Part shown: positions 9,965 through 19,481 of the stretch, in pieces
Position numbering within the stretch: the stretch's first letter is position 1
Layout: each line of letters opens with the position of its first letter
Origin: an uncultured Nitrospiraceae bacterium
GTDB lineage: Bacteria; Nitrospirota; Thermodesulfovibrionia; Thermodesulfovibrionales; Dissulfurispiraceae
Length of the DNA: 64,000 nt
Direction of reading: 5' to 3'
Assembly (NCBI GenBank): GCA_963705105.1
Contig: CAVPIW010000012.1
Span: 1-64,000, forward strand
The notes under the pieces: generated by a model
Told to the model about the DNA's origin: nothing
The model's database searches: none
What the model saw: the letters and a program-made list of their open reading frames with translations, nothing else
Program-made: the position numbers and the translations under genes

Positions 9965-10191
9965 ACAACCTCCTTTGCATTTGCTGTGAGAGGTTCGGTA
10001 TTTTCCGGGACGACGACGCGCCGATGATATCTTCGCATCCCGAAAAACATTGTACCCCTCGTCCATCCCCTCAACGCGGGATGATCACATGTGTATTTTA
10101 CCCTTTCTAACAGGTCTTTACAAAATGGCGCTGATGATGTTGTGTTCGGGTCACCGGGATACCCGGACCGAAGGTCTGTTGTGAGAATAAA

Positions 10192-10402
10192 CCTTTCTGT
10201 TGCATGAAAAGGCGGGGCGAAGCGCCTCAAAGCCTTGCTGAAGGCGACGATACGCCTCGTCAGCTTCGTGTTTCAGGATTCCACTCTTTGTGTCATCGAC
10301 CATTGGCGTCTAGTTCATCTCTCGTTTGATATAGGTGTCGCCGCATCAAGGTTTTCGGCGCATACACCCCGCCTTTCCCGGGAGTGTATTGCAACGATAA
10401 GG
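10192..10402 (+). repeat. Modular MITE-like element, copy 3
   Basis: cctttctgttgcatgaaaaggcggggcg ... ccccgcctttcccgggagtgtattgcaacgataagg; exact TAAA duplication; close to the reverse complement of copy 4. Confidence 0.9.
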
Positions 10403-10536
10403 TAAACACCGGCATAAATGATGGGCAGGAAAGAATGGTCATTTAGGAGATATGAAATCCTTTTTGTTGATATATTTCGGGTGAGGAACCCTCGTTTACT
10501 TTCCTATTGACAAAAGGCAATAAATGAACTAAATAT

Positions 10537-11848
10537 GGTTCTTCCGGTTTAAGCGTACTTGACTAAAAAAATGCGACATGTTGTTACTCTAAGAGATTCC
10601 GACCAAGGATTCTCAGAAGGAGGCAACAACATGTCGACAAGCTTATTGTATCACGCATTTGGTATACGAGGATACCGGTATCAATCGACCAGCTATCAGG
10701 AAGGGGCGGTTATTTTCACGATCACACAAGATCGATTGACCCTGCGGTGCCCTGAGTGCAATGGGCGGGATATCGTCTGTAAGGGAGTCACTGTGCGAGA
10801 GCTGCGGACGGTGCCGATCGGTGGCAAGAGAGCGTTTGTGCGTATTGCCGTGCAGAGGGTATGGTGCCTGGTGTGCGCTGTGGTGCGTCAGGTGAGACTG
10901 AAGTTTGCCGAGGACCGAGTCCGCTATACGAGGGCCTTTGAACGGTATGCATTGGAGCTTTCCCGGCGCATGACGATCCAGGACGTTGCGCGACATGTGG
11001 GCGTCAGCTGGGACGTGATCAAAGACATCCAGAAGCGGTCCCTCCACAGGAAGTTCTCCCGGCCGAAACTGGGTCATCTGAGGCGCCTCGCCATCGACGA
11101 GATTTCCATCGGCAAAGGGCACAGGTATGTGACGGTCGTCTTGGATCTTGATAGTGGAGCTGTGGTCCATGTTGGCGACGGCAAGGGGACTGATGCGTTG
11201 AAGCCTTTCTGGAGAAGGCTGTTGCGCTCGGGCGCCACAATACAGGCCGTGGCGATCGACATGTCCCCTGCATACATCGCTGCTGTGTCTGACAACGTGC
11301 CGGAGGCAGCCATTGTCTTTGACCGTTTTCATATCGTCAAGTTGTTCAACGACAAGCTCTCCGATTATCGTCGTGACCTGTACCATAAGCTCACCAGCCA
11401 GTCAGACAGGATTGTGCTGAAGGGGACCCGCTGGCTCCTGCTGAAGAACCCCGAAAACCTCGACGCAGAAAAGAACGAACAGCAAAGGCTTCAGGAAGCA
11501 TTGCAGATGAACGCCCCTCTGGCAACGGTCTATTACATGAAAGAAGACTTGCGAACGCTTTGGAACTACCCGGGCAAAGGATCGGCAGAGCGCTTTCTGG
11601 ATGACTGGATTGCGCGGGCCAAGGCATCAGGAATACGGATGCTGCAGTCATTTGCGGAGACGCTCCATGCCCATCGCTGGGGGATTCTGGCATGGTATGA
11701 TCATCCCATTTCAACTGGCCCTCTGGAGGGCACAAACAACAAGATTGTGACAATGAAAAGACAGGCATACGGCTTCAGAGATATCGAGTTCTTCAAACTT
11801 AAGATCATGGCTCTTCATCAGTCAAAGTACGCTCTTGTCGGATGAACC
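10537..11848 (+). mobile_element. ISL3-family insertion sequence
   Basis: Imperfect terminal inverted repeats ggttcttccggtttaagcgtacttgac / gtcaaagtacgctcttgtcggatgaacc; exact 8-bp target duplication CTAAATAT at 10529-10536 and 11849-11856. Confidence 0.96.
10631..11845 (+). CDS. ISL3 transposase
   Basis: CPEC...CLVC zinc finger, AIDE, AIDMSPAY, FDRFHIVK, EGTNNKI..MKRQAYGFRD motifs; aggagg RBS. Confidence 0.96.
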   Translation: MSTSLLYHAFGIRGYRYQSTSYQEGAVIFTITQDRLTLRCPECNGRDIVCKGVTVRELRTVPIGGKRAFVRIAVQRVWCLVCAVVRQVRLKFAEDRVRYTRAFERYALELSRRMTIQDVARHVGVSWDVIKDIQKRSLHRKFSRPKLGHLRRLAIDEISIGKGHRYVTVVLDLDSGAVVHVGDGKGTDALKPFWRRLLRSGATIQAVAIDMSPAYIAAVSDNVPEAAIVFDRFHIVKLFNDKLSDYRRDLYHKLTSQSDRIVLKGTRWLLLKNPENLDAEKNEQQRLQEALQMNAPLATVYYMKEDLRTLWNYPGKGSAERFLDDWIARAKASGIRMLQSFAETLHAHRWGILAWYDHPISTGPLEGTNNKIVTMKRQAYGFRDIEFFKLKIMALHQSKYALVG

Positions 11849-11929
11849 CTAAATATTGTGCAGATGTGCATATTGACGGAGGGACATGATTACCGGACCC
11901 TTGCTGCAGGGCCCGGATTTCCGTAAGCG

Positions 11930-12526
11930 ATGCAATACGTCTCTGAGAACATCATGCTTCCTGTTGATGGATCAGTGATTTTTCGGGTGATCACGAACCT
12001 CGAGAAACTCCTTCGCCTCTCGCCCTACCGGAGTCTGAAAAGCCTGAAGGCCGCCGCCGGTGATGGAGCGGGAGAGGGCGAGCGGTATGAAGCGGTGCTC
12101 GAAGATTACGCCAATGAGACATCTGCCGCGAGGACCTTCACCGCTCAGGAACGTGTGAGGGACAGGAAAGCCGTCTGGGAGGTGGACAGCGGCGTGATGA
12201 AGGAAATCAGTCTCACCATCGATGAGAAGCCGGAAGGGGCCATCCTCACCCTGTCGTGCAGTATCGCCTGCGACGACAGGGCCGTCATCGATGACGCCCG
12301 GAGAGAGGTCCGTTACTGGCTGCGCAGCATCGCGGAGTATGTGAAGCTCTCTTCAAAGAAGGGTCTCCGGCCCCGCATCTTTAAATGGTTTATGGACAGG
12401 GTTTGGCTCAAACTGACGCTTTCGGAGAGGAATATCACGATTATCATTACGAAGATAACGATCGTCGAGATGCTCTTTCTTTTTGTTCTGCTTCTGGTCT
12501 GGAATTTCTTCGGGCCGCCGCGGTGA
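11930..12526 (+). CDS. Hypothetical protein, possible SRPBCC-like fold with C-terminal TM helix
   Basis: 198-aa ORF with a hydrophobic C-terminus; the fold is a guess. Confidence 0.6.
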   Translation: MQYVSENIMLPVDGSVIFRVITNLEKLLRLSPYRSLKSLKAAAGDGAGEGERYEAVLEDYANETSAARTFTAQERVRDRKAVWEVDSGVMKEISLTIDEKPEGAILTLSCSIACDDRAVIDDARREVRYWLRSIAEYVKLSSKKGLRPRIFKWFMDRVWLKLTLSERNITIIITKITIVEMLFLFVLLLVWNFFGPPR

Positions 12527-12857
12527 CGTTTTTCCCGGCATCCGGTCGCACCGCATGGTGTGCGGTCTTGTCGTCCCGCGGGGCAGTGCCGTAATGATCT
12601 GAATGCAGGGTGTCCCAGATTTCCCGGCAGGAATTCCCTATCGCTCTGCTCAGGATGGATGATTTCGCAAGATCATCGCTCAGCAGGCGGATTTGCCGCA
12701 GCTCTTCCGGGGATGCCGTGACGCCCAGATCGACGAGGCAATGCTCGATCGTCGACATGAAGCGCTTCACGATCAGCTCCTCCTGGTAATCATGGAGCTC
12801 TTTCCAGATTCTCTGCTTTTTCCCGCAGTCAATAGAATGAACCGGGCTATTGGACAT
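12447..12857 (-). CDS. Hypothetical protein
   Basis: ATG (MSNSPV) overlaps the end of the upstream small ORF. Its 3' end overlaps the convergent gene by ~80 nt. Confidence 0.5.
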   Translation of the reverse strand: MSNSPVHSIDCGKKQRIWKELHDYQEELIVKRFMSTIEHCLVDLGVTASPEELRQIRLLSDDLAKSSILSRAIGNSCREIWDTLHSDHYGTAPRDDKTAHHAVRPDAGKNVTAAARRNSRPEAEQKERASRRSLSS

Positions 12858-13056
12858 ACTCACGACGGGGCGGCTGCAGTCTTCCGTCAGGCGTCCTCCT
12901 CCCCAGCATGTTGCCGGCACAGCTCCTGAAAAGAGGGCAGTCGCTGTAACCCGCTCCGGAACAGAATTGGTTCCTTTCCGCGATGGTGGGAACATAGGGC
13001 GTCTTGGAGGCGATGCAGACCCCCACGTATTCCTGCTTGAATAACGGACAATTCAT
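12847..13056 (-). CDS. Small four-Cys protein (paralogue A)
   Basis: ggagg RBS; MNCPLF..YVGVCIASKTPYVPTIAERNQFC....YSDCPLF, clearly similar to 42660-42857. Confidence 0.8.
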   Translation of the reverse strand: MNCPLFKQEYVGVCIASKTPYVPTIAERNQFCSGAGYSDCPLFRSCAGNMLGRRTPDGRLQPPRREYVQ

Positions 13057-13134
13057 CCGATACCTCCGGTGCACTTTATCGTCGCCATTTCAAAGGCGCA
13101 GCCGGCTTTGCCGGCACGGCGCTGCAAAGACGTC

Positions 13135-13548
13135 TCAGGCATGCGCGGCATTGTCCGCTGCAGGAAGGCCGCAACGGGCCTTGCTGAACTCGGGGCCCGC
13201 CGTCACCTCCGTCACCAGACCGCGCATGCTGAAGGGTTTTACCCGGTAATGATGAATCCCCAGATCGCTGAGTCTCTGCGCCGTGTTCTTCTCCTGGGAA
13301 CCGGTCATGACGATCACGGGCATGTCCGGATAGGCGGTCCTGATGCGTGAGATCAGGGCAAACCCGTCCATAACCGGCATGTTGAGATCGGTGAGCACAA
13401 TGTCAACCCGTGACGATTCGAGCACCTTCAGGGCCTCCAATCCGTTACCTGCCGTCACGACCCTGCATGAGCCCGCGACCGCGCAGAAGAGCTCGGAGAG
13501 GAGGACGACAATGGCCGGATCATCATCGACAACGAGGACGTTCACCAT
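13135..13548 (-). CDS. Single-domain response regulator (receiver)
   Basis: VLVVDDD, TDLNMPVMDG, VIVMTG and KPF motifs. Confidence 0.93.
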   Translation of the reverse strand: MVNVLVVDDDPAIVVLLSELFCAVAGSCRVVTAGNGLEALKVLESSRVDIVLTDLNMPVMDGFALISRIRTAYPDMPVIVMTGSQEKNTAQRLSDLGIHHYRVKPFSMRGLVTEVTAGPEFSKARCGLPAADNAAHA

Positions 13549-13559
13549 ATCCCAGCATT

Positions 13560-13575
13560 AGCAGGGATCATGCCA
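13560..13575 (-). promoter_or_regulatory. Sigma-54 (-24/-12) promoter
   Basis: TGGCATGATCCCTGCT on the minus strand with correct GG-N10-GC spacing. Confidence 0.75.
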
Positions 13576-13651
13576 TAGAACGTGCATGAACACAAAAACA
13601 AGCATTACAAAGGGATATATCAGGGATGAACGTGGAGGGAAAGCGAAGGAG

Positions 13652-13698
13652 GGTCATTTTGACCGGTCATTTTGACGTGACGGTTCATTTTGAACCGT
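13652..13698. promoter_or_regulatory. Triple palindrome, candidate enhancer (bEBP-binding) sites
   Basis: GGTCATTTTGACC, GGTCATTTTGAC and ACGGTTCATTTTGAACCGT lie 75-125 nt upstream of the sigma-54 promoter. Confidence 0.6.
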
Positions 13699-15031
13699 GC
13701 GACTTCATCCATCTCTTGACTGTGGAAACTGAGATGCCCAGGGCCTGCGCAGTCCTGGTTATACTGCCCGAGAATTTTTCAAGAGTGAATTTTATATAGC
13801 GATCTTCAAGCTCTTCAAGGGTGACGAGTTCCTCTTCTGAGGGCGGGAGAGCCGTTGTCGCGGCAAACGGCGCCCGATGCCCTCCCTGCAGGATAAAATC
13901 AGAGGGATGCAAATCGCCGCCCCGGTGGAGGAGGACCGCCCGTTCAAGGACATTCTTGAGTTCACGGACGTTGCCGGGCCAGTCATATGCCGTGAGGCGT
14001 GCAAGCTCTTCGCCGGATACCTGCACATTCCTGTTGCGCGTCAGGACTTTCAGCAGGTGACTGCAGAGGTCGGGTATGTCCTGTCGCCGCTCCCTCAGGG
14101 GGGGGAGGTGAATGCGTATCACGCTCAGTCGGTAATAGAGGTCCATCCGGAACGTCTGTCCCAGGACATTTCCCAGGTCCACATTCGTCGAGGCGATGAT
14201 CCGCCCGTTGAAAGGCCTGTTCGAAACGCTGCCAAGCCGCCTGAGGGTTCTGTCCTCAATAACGCTGAGGAGCCGGGCCTGGAGATTGACGGGCATCTCC
14301 CCGATCTCGTCGAGCAAAACGGTGCCGCCGTCCGCCAGCTCGAAAAGACCCTTCTTCGGCCCCGTCGCACCTGTAAAGGCGCCCTGTTCGTATCCGAAGA
14401 GCTCAGCTTCGATCAGCGTCTCAGGAAGACAGGCGCAGTTGATGCTGACGAATGGACCCTGCCGGACATTGCTTCTGTAATGGATCGCCTTTGCGACGAG
14501 GTTCTTTCCCGTTCCCGTCTCACCTGTCACGAGTACCGGCACGGACGAAGAGGAGGCGAGTTCGACGAGCTGGGATGTCTCAGCAAGGCCTTTGCTCGCT
14601 CCGATGATGGTGGTTTCAACCGATGCGCGGTCACTGAGGATTTTGACCTGCTCCTCGACTTTCTGCTGCCGGATGGCTTTCTCCATGGTGACGGGGAGCA
14701 CCTTGAGATAATTGCGCCGGACGTCCTTGATCAGATAATCGTAGGCCCCTGCCTTCATGGCCTGTACGGCTATTTCCTCGCTCCCGGCGCCGGTGATGAC
14801 AATGACGGGGGCTTCGAGGTTGAGACCGAGGATGTCGAAGGCAGTCCCGTCGCCCAGAAGGTAATCGGTGATGACGACATCGAAGGTGTCCGTACCCAGG
14901 ATCCTCCTTGCATCGGAAACCGAACCCGTCACTTCATAGCGGTATTCGGCGTTCCCGGTGTCCATCAGGCGCCTGAAGGCCATCTGATCGACAATGTCGT
15001 CTTCGATTAAGAGGCAGCGTTTCTGCAGCAT
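13685..15031 (-). CDS. Sigma-54-dependent response regulator (NtrC family)
   Basis: Receiver domain, GETGTGK Walker A, ELFGYEQGAFTGA, LLDEIGE, WPGNVREL and Fis-type HTH. Confidence 0.95.
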   Translation of the reverse strand: MLQKRCLLIEDDIVDQMAFRRLMDTGNAEYRYEVTGSVSDARRILGTDTFDVVITDYLLGDGTAFDILGLNLEAPVIVITGAGSEEIAVQAMKAGAYDYLIKDVRRNYLKVLPVTMEKAIRQQKVEEQVKILSDRASVETTIIGASKGLAETSQLVELASSSSVPVLVTGETGTGKNLVAKAIHYRSNVRQGPFVSINCACLPETLIEAELFGYEQGAFTGATGPKKGLFELADGGTVLLDEIGEMPVNLQARLLSVIEDRTLRRLGSVSNRPFNGRIIASTNVDLGNVLGQTFRMDLYYRLSVIRIHLPPLRERRQDIPDLCSHLLKVLTRNRNVQVSGEELARLTAYDWPGNVRELKNVLERAVLLHRGGDLHPSDFILQGGHRAPFAATTALPPSEEELVTLEELEDRYIKFTLEKFSGSITRTAQALGISVSTVKRWMKSHGSK

Positions 15032-15097
15032 TTCCTGAAGACCATGAGAGACGCCCTTTGCCGGGAATTCATCGTTCCCTGTGCGCGTTAACAATCG

Positions 15098-17527
15098 TTA
15101 CGTCAGGCCCCACAGGCCATGACTGTGTGATGACGATTTCGGGAAGGTGAAAAAGAAGGTGCTTCCCGAGCCGAGGCGGGATTCGGCCCAGACAGAGCCC
15201 CCGTACATTTCGACGATCTTCTTGACCACGGCGAGTCCGATGCCGGTGCTCCCGGCATCGTCGTGACTGCCTGATGTCTCGAAGATCCGGAAAATTCTGA
15301 AGAGATCCCTTTCCTCTATGCCGGGACCGTTGTCGGAGACGCTGAATTTCCAGTGGTCATTCTCTGAAGAGCACCGTATCCGGATATCTCCATGCCGCTT
15401 GTCCATGAACTTCAGGGCGTTGCTCAGCAGGTTCTGGAAGACCTGCTCGATGCGCGTCCTGTCACAGATGATCCTGGGCATTTCCCCCTCAACCCGTATC
15501 GTGACATGTGTCGGCGGTGAGAGCATGTCGATTATGGACGGGATGACACGATTGAGGTCGACCTCTGAGGGTTCCTCACTGCCGCGCACGGCCCGTGAAT
15601 ACCGGAGGACTGCGTCGACAAGGTCGTGCAGGCGAATCACCCTGTTCATGAGGATCATCATTTTTTCCCTGCCCTGATCATCGAGTCTGTCCGCGTATTC
15701 TGCCACGATCCAGTCAGCCAGAGACGCTATGGCCCTGAGCGGCGCTTTGAGATCATGGGAGACGATGTGGGCGAATTCGTCCAGTTCCCTGTTCGCTCTC
15801 TCGAGATCTCTGATGAGCTGCGCCTGACGTGCCTCGGCGAGTTTCCGCTCTGTAATGTCCTCATAGGTGCCGAGCACCCCGATCACCGTGCCTGTTTCGT
15901 CGTGGAGGGGTACCTTGCTCGTCCGGAGCCACCCCCGCATTCCACTTCGGAAGGTCTGAGGCTCCTCGTACGCGAGCTTCGGTGATTCCTTTTCCATGAC
16001 GAGGCGGTCGTCAGCCCTGTAGATCTCGGCTTCGTCCCTCCATGCAAGCTCGAAATCGTTCTTCCCGACGATCTCATCCTGTGAAGAAAGGCCCGAATCC
16101 TCGCAGAAGAGCCGATTGCACCCGAGATACCGGGAGTTCTTGTCTTTCCAGAAGACCCGGACCGGTATGGTGTCGAGGACGAGCTGCAGCATGCGCTTCG
16201 ATTCCCACAGAGCCTCTGAAACCTTCTTGTATCCGACGATGTCCCAAACGGCGTCAGCCATGAGAGAGACAGTCTCGACATCGTCGGAAGTGTAATCGGT
16301 CGGCTTGTTTCCCACACCGAGAACGGCCACGATCCTGTCGCCCCTTACGACGGGCACGATAAGCTCGCGGATGACCGGGACATGGCCGGGGGGAAGGCCC
16401 TTTTTGTGCGGCAAAGACTCATAGTCATTGTGGATAACAGGTCGGCGGGTATGGACGCAGTCAACCCATACCCCCGCCGCCGCCACATCATAATGACGGC
16501 CCTTGCCATCGGCCCTGCACATATCCCGGATCGTCTTCGTCGACCAGGCCTGGAGGAAGAGGGTCTTTTGATCCCCTCCGAGAAAATGAAGGAAGCCGAT
16601 CGAGCTGTCCGTGAGCGTCTCCACTTCGTCCAGCGTCGCCTGGAGCACCTCTCCCAGCGCATGTGAGGCGGCAAACTGCATCAGCCGGATCCGTGCCGCC
16701 ATGATGTCCTCGGCGAGCTTCCGCTTGGTGATGTCCTCGTCGGTGCCGACATATCCCACGATTTTTCCATCTGCCTTCCGGATGGGCGCCGCCCGCGCGT
16801 GTACCCAGCGTACGGTGCCTTCCGGCGATCGGAAGCGAAAGGGGAGAGAAAAATCCCGCCCTTCAGCGACGCTCCTATTCCACTCTTCGGAGACCCGGTG
16901 ACGGTCTCCCGGATGGATTGCGTTGACCCATCCCTCTCCCAGGCAGTCTTCCGGCGCGAGGCCGGATAGCTCCCGCCATCTCGCGTTGGTATAGAGACAG
17001 AGGCCTTTCGTATCGGTCTGAAATATGCCGATCGGGGAAGAATCGCTGAGGGAGCGGAAGCGCTCTTCGCTGAGGCGCAGCTCATCCGACTGCGTCCTCT
17101 CGATAATCGCCGCCCGGAGCCGTCTCTTTTTCCTCCTCCGGTCCCGGATGGCGATGCCGGCGATTTCGGCATGAACGACATCTCCGCCGTTTTTCCGCAG
17201 TTGAACGTCACAGGTCTCCCTCTGTCCGGAAGCGAATACCCGTCTGATGAAATCATCAAATACGACGACTGATACAGGGTGGAGATGCAAATGGAAGTCA
17301 CTGCCTGGCAGGTTGTTGAGCGGCACGCCGAGGATCGAGGACGCGGGACGATCGGCATTCCCTATGGTGCCGTCTTCGTCAATGACAAACGATCCCACGG
17401 CAATGAGATCATTCGTCACGGACTGCAGCGGCCGCGATACGTCGCGTGCCCTGAGAGCTTTCCCGTCGGCGCCTCTCTCCATCCCCTGTCTCTCCCTCCC
17501 GCACCCTGCTTCCGTATGAGGCGGCAA
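15098..17527 (-). CDS. PAS/GAF sensor histidine kinase
   Basis: Several PAS-PAC domains, GAF, VSHDLKAPL H-box, NLLSNALKF, TGIGL. Start uncertain (possibly 17482). Confidence 0.93.
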   Translation of the reverse strand: MPPHTEAGCGRERQGMERGADGKALRARDVSRPLQSVTNDLIAVGSFVIDEDGTIGNADRPASSILGVPLNNLPGSDFHLHLHPVSVVVFDDFIRRVFASGQRETCDVQLRKNGGDVVHAEIAGIAIRDRRRKKRRLRAAIIERTQSDELRLSEERFRSLSDSSPIGIFQTDTKGLCLYTNARWRELSGLAPEDCLGEGWVNAIHPGDRHRVSEEWNRSVAEGRDFSLPFRFRSPEGTVRWVHARAAPIRKADGKIVGYVGTDEDITKRKLAEDIMAARIRLMQFAASHALGEVLQATLDEVETLTDSSIGFLHFLGGDQKTLFLQAWSTKTIRDMCRADGKGRHYDVAAAGVWVDCVHTRRPVIHNDYESLPHKKGLPPGHVPVIRELIVPVVRGDRIVAVLGVGNKPTDYTSDDVETVSLMADAVWDIVGYKKVSEALWESKRMLQLVLDTIPVRVFWKDKNSRYLGCNRLFCEDSGLSSQDEIVGKNDFELAWRDEAEIYRADDRLVMEKESPKLAYEEPQTFRSGMRGWLRTSKVPLHDETGTVIGVLGTYEDITERKLAEARQAQLIRDLERANRELDEFAHIVSHDLKAPLRAIASLADWIVAEYADRLDDQGREKMMILMNRVIRLHDLVDAVLRYSRAVRGSEEPSEVDLNRVIPSIIDMLSPPTHVTIRVEGEMPRIICDRTRIEQVFQNLLSNALKFMDKRHGDIRIRCSSENDHWKFSVSDNGPGIEERDLFRIFRIFETSGSHDDAGSTGIGLAVVKKIVEMYGGSVWAESRLGSGSTFFFTFPKSSSHSHGLWGLT

Positions 17528-17774
17528 ACCTCTGAAGTCACAGGGGCATTCTCACAGAGAATTCATTCCCCATGGCACGGGCAAATTTATAATTACATTT
17601 TATACCCTTATTATAGCCTGAAAAGGCACACGAACATGCATACGGTCATCGAGGCGCAGAGGATGTCATAAAAGAGAGAAAGACCGACGGCGGGAGGAGA
17701 AATTGAATACCGCGTGCAGGGCGGCGGCGATGCCCGGGGCATCGCCGCAATGGTCACGTCCTGCTGAAGCGGTC

Positions 17775-19415
17775 TTACCGCCTCGAATTCATGGCGAGGA
17801 CCGTTCTGTACTCGATCATCCCCGGCCGGCTCATCATCACCCTTCCTGCCGAGTGACGGTGCTGAAAGCCGCTGAATTCGAGCGACTTGACGTCTTGACC
17901 GTTCCCCTTGAGCGTGACGTAAAAACGCTCTTTCCCGTATTTCGTAAAGAAGACCTTGACCTGCGGGAGTAACGCTTGCAGGACTTCCTTCCTGTTGATC
18001 TCGCCGTCAACGAAGTAAACCCTGCACATGTCGAGGAGGTTGAAAAGGTTGAGGCCGTCTGAGTAGGTCTCGGCCACCGCATACGCCACGATCTTTCCCT
18101 TCTTTTTGACGGACCAGAGCCTTCTCACGACATAGAGATCGAGCACCTCATAGACCTGGGTGATCTTCCGGAGGCTGAAGCTGCCTTCGTCATAATCATA
18201 GCAATCCCTTTCGACGGGCTTCATGCTCTTCTTGCAGTATCCGAGAAATTCAGCGGGCGAGTCGGGAACTTCAACGGTATAGCCTTTCTGAGCCGTGAGG
18301 GACTTCCGCCGGCCGGCTTTGTACTCAAACATTTCCATTTCATCGAAGATAAACTTGTTCTCGTCATCGATGAAGGCGCCCATTTTCGTGTAGACTTCCC
18401 GGTGCCAGGGATTGTGGGTATCAAAATAGGTCAGGTAGTGGTCGCAGTAGAGATGGTCGATGAGAAAGTCAGACATGACGAAGTAGACATCCGTCTTCGA
18501 TTTCATGTTCAGCCTTGCCTCGGGCAGGGAAGCAAGCTGGTGGCCGAGGAAGGTCTTGTCATATATCCTGAGCGCCGATGCGGCCGTGAGCAGTTTGCCG
18601 TTGCCGTCGTAGACGAGATTCGCCGAGACCTGCCTCTTGTTGCGAAGCTTTGCACAGGTGGCTTTCCAGCAGTCTATGGACCTTTGCATCTCCTCCTGCG
18701 GCTTGAGGGAGAAATAGCCGGATTTTTCGTAAAGCTCAAGCACATCGTCTCTCTCGCATTCCTCCATCCACCGCACATTCGGATAGGTCTTGCGAGCGAT
18801 GTACCGGAAGAAATCGTAGCGTGGAAACCATTCTGAAACATTCACTTTCAGCCCGTACAGATAGGAACCGTCTTTTTCCCTCCGGTAGAACCTCACCCTG
18901 CCGTCGACAATGATCTCCATGCCGTCGTCAAGATTGACGGTAATGTTGTGCACGGCTTCTTTCCTGGTCCAGAGCTTCCTGTCCGAGAGAAAGGAGAATC
19001 CCTCGGTGCTGATGTCGATAAGAGGGAACGTCCCCTGGGTGAGAAATGATACCGTCCCCGGCTCACCCTCTTTAAGGCGGTAACGCGGGAGCGTTCTCCT
19101 GAAGGACGAGTAGATGACAAAGGGTTTCACCATGTGATGGAGCCCCTTGTCTCCGGGCCTGAGGTTAGTTTCGAGGAGGAAGAAGAGTTCCCTGTCCAGA
19201 AAAGCGACCTTCACGGGTGTCCCGTTGACCGAGGCCTTTGCCTCCGGAGTCAGTTGCAGCATCGGCTGACGACCTGCCTTGTCTTCGAAGAGCATCCGGG
19301 AAGTATACTTCTTCCCTTTGTAGTGGAGGGTGACGGGTATGCTCTGCTGCCGTGCAAGATTGCGAAAAAACGTGGTCAGGAATTTCTCATCGCTTAAAAC
19401 ATTCAGTCTGGACAT
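17775..19415 (-). CDS. PilZ-domain protein with a large C-terminal domain of unknown function
   Basis: RRTLPRY (RxxxR) and DISTEG (DxSxxG) motifs; aaggag RBS before the ATG at 19415. Confidence 0.75.
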   Translation of the reverse strand: MSRLNVLSDEKFLTTFFRNLARQQSIPVTLHYKGKKYTSRMLFEDKAGRQPMLQLTPEAKASVNGTPVKVAFLDRELFFLLETNLRPGDKGLHHMVKPFVIYSSFRRTLPRYRLKEGEPGTVSFLTQGTFPLIDISTEGFSFLSDRKLWTRKEAVHNITVNLDDGMEIIVDGRVRFYRREKDGSYLYGLKVNVSEWFPRYDFFRYIARKTYPNVRWMEECERDDVLELYEKSGYFSLKPQEEMQRSIDCWKATCAKLRNKRQVSANLVYDGNGKLLTAASALRIYDKTFLGHQLASLPEARLNMKSKTDVYFVMSDFLIDHLYCDHYLTYFDTHNPWHREVYTKMGAFIDDENKFIFDEMEMFEYKAGRRKSLTAQKGYTVEVPDSPAEFLGYCKKSMKPVERDCYDYDEGSFSLRKITQVYEVLDLYVVRRLWSVKKKGKIVAYAVAETYSDGLNLFNLLDMCRVYFVDGEINRKEVLQALLPQVKVFFTKYGKERFYVTLKGNGQDVKSLEFSGFQHRHSAGRVMMSRPGMIEYRTVLAMNSRR

Positions 19416-19465
19416 GGCGTGTCTCCTTCGTATAAGACTTTGTGGTGTTTCGTTGTCCATGGTAA

Positions 19466-19481
19466 AGCAAGGCCGGTGCCA
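19466..19481 (-). promoter_or_regulatory. Sigma-54 promoter
   Basis: TGGCACCGGCCTTGCT, near-perfect consensus. An AT-rich stretch and the palindrome tatggaaatattccata (19545-19561) lie upstream. Confidence 0.85.
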
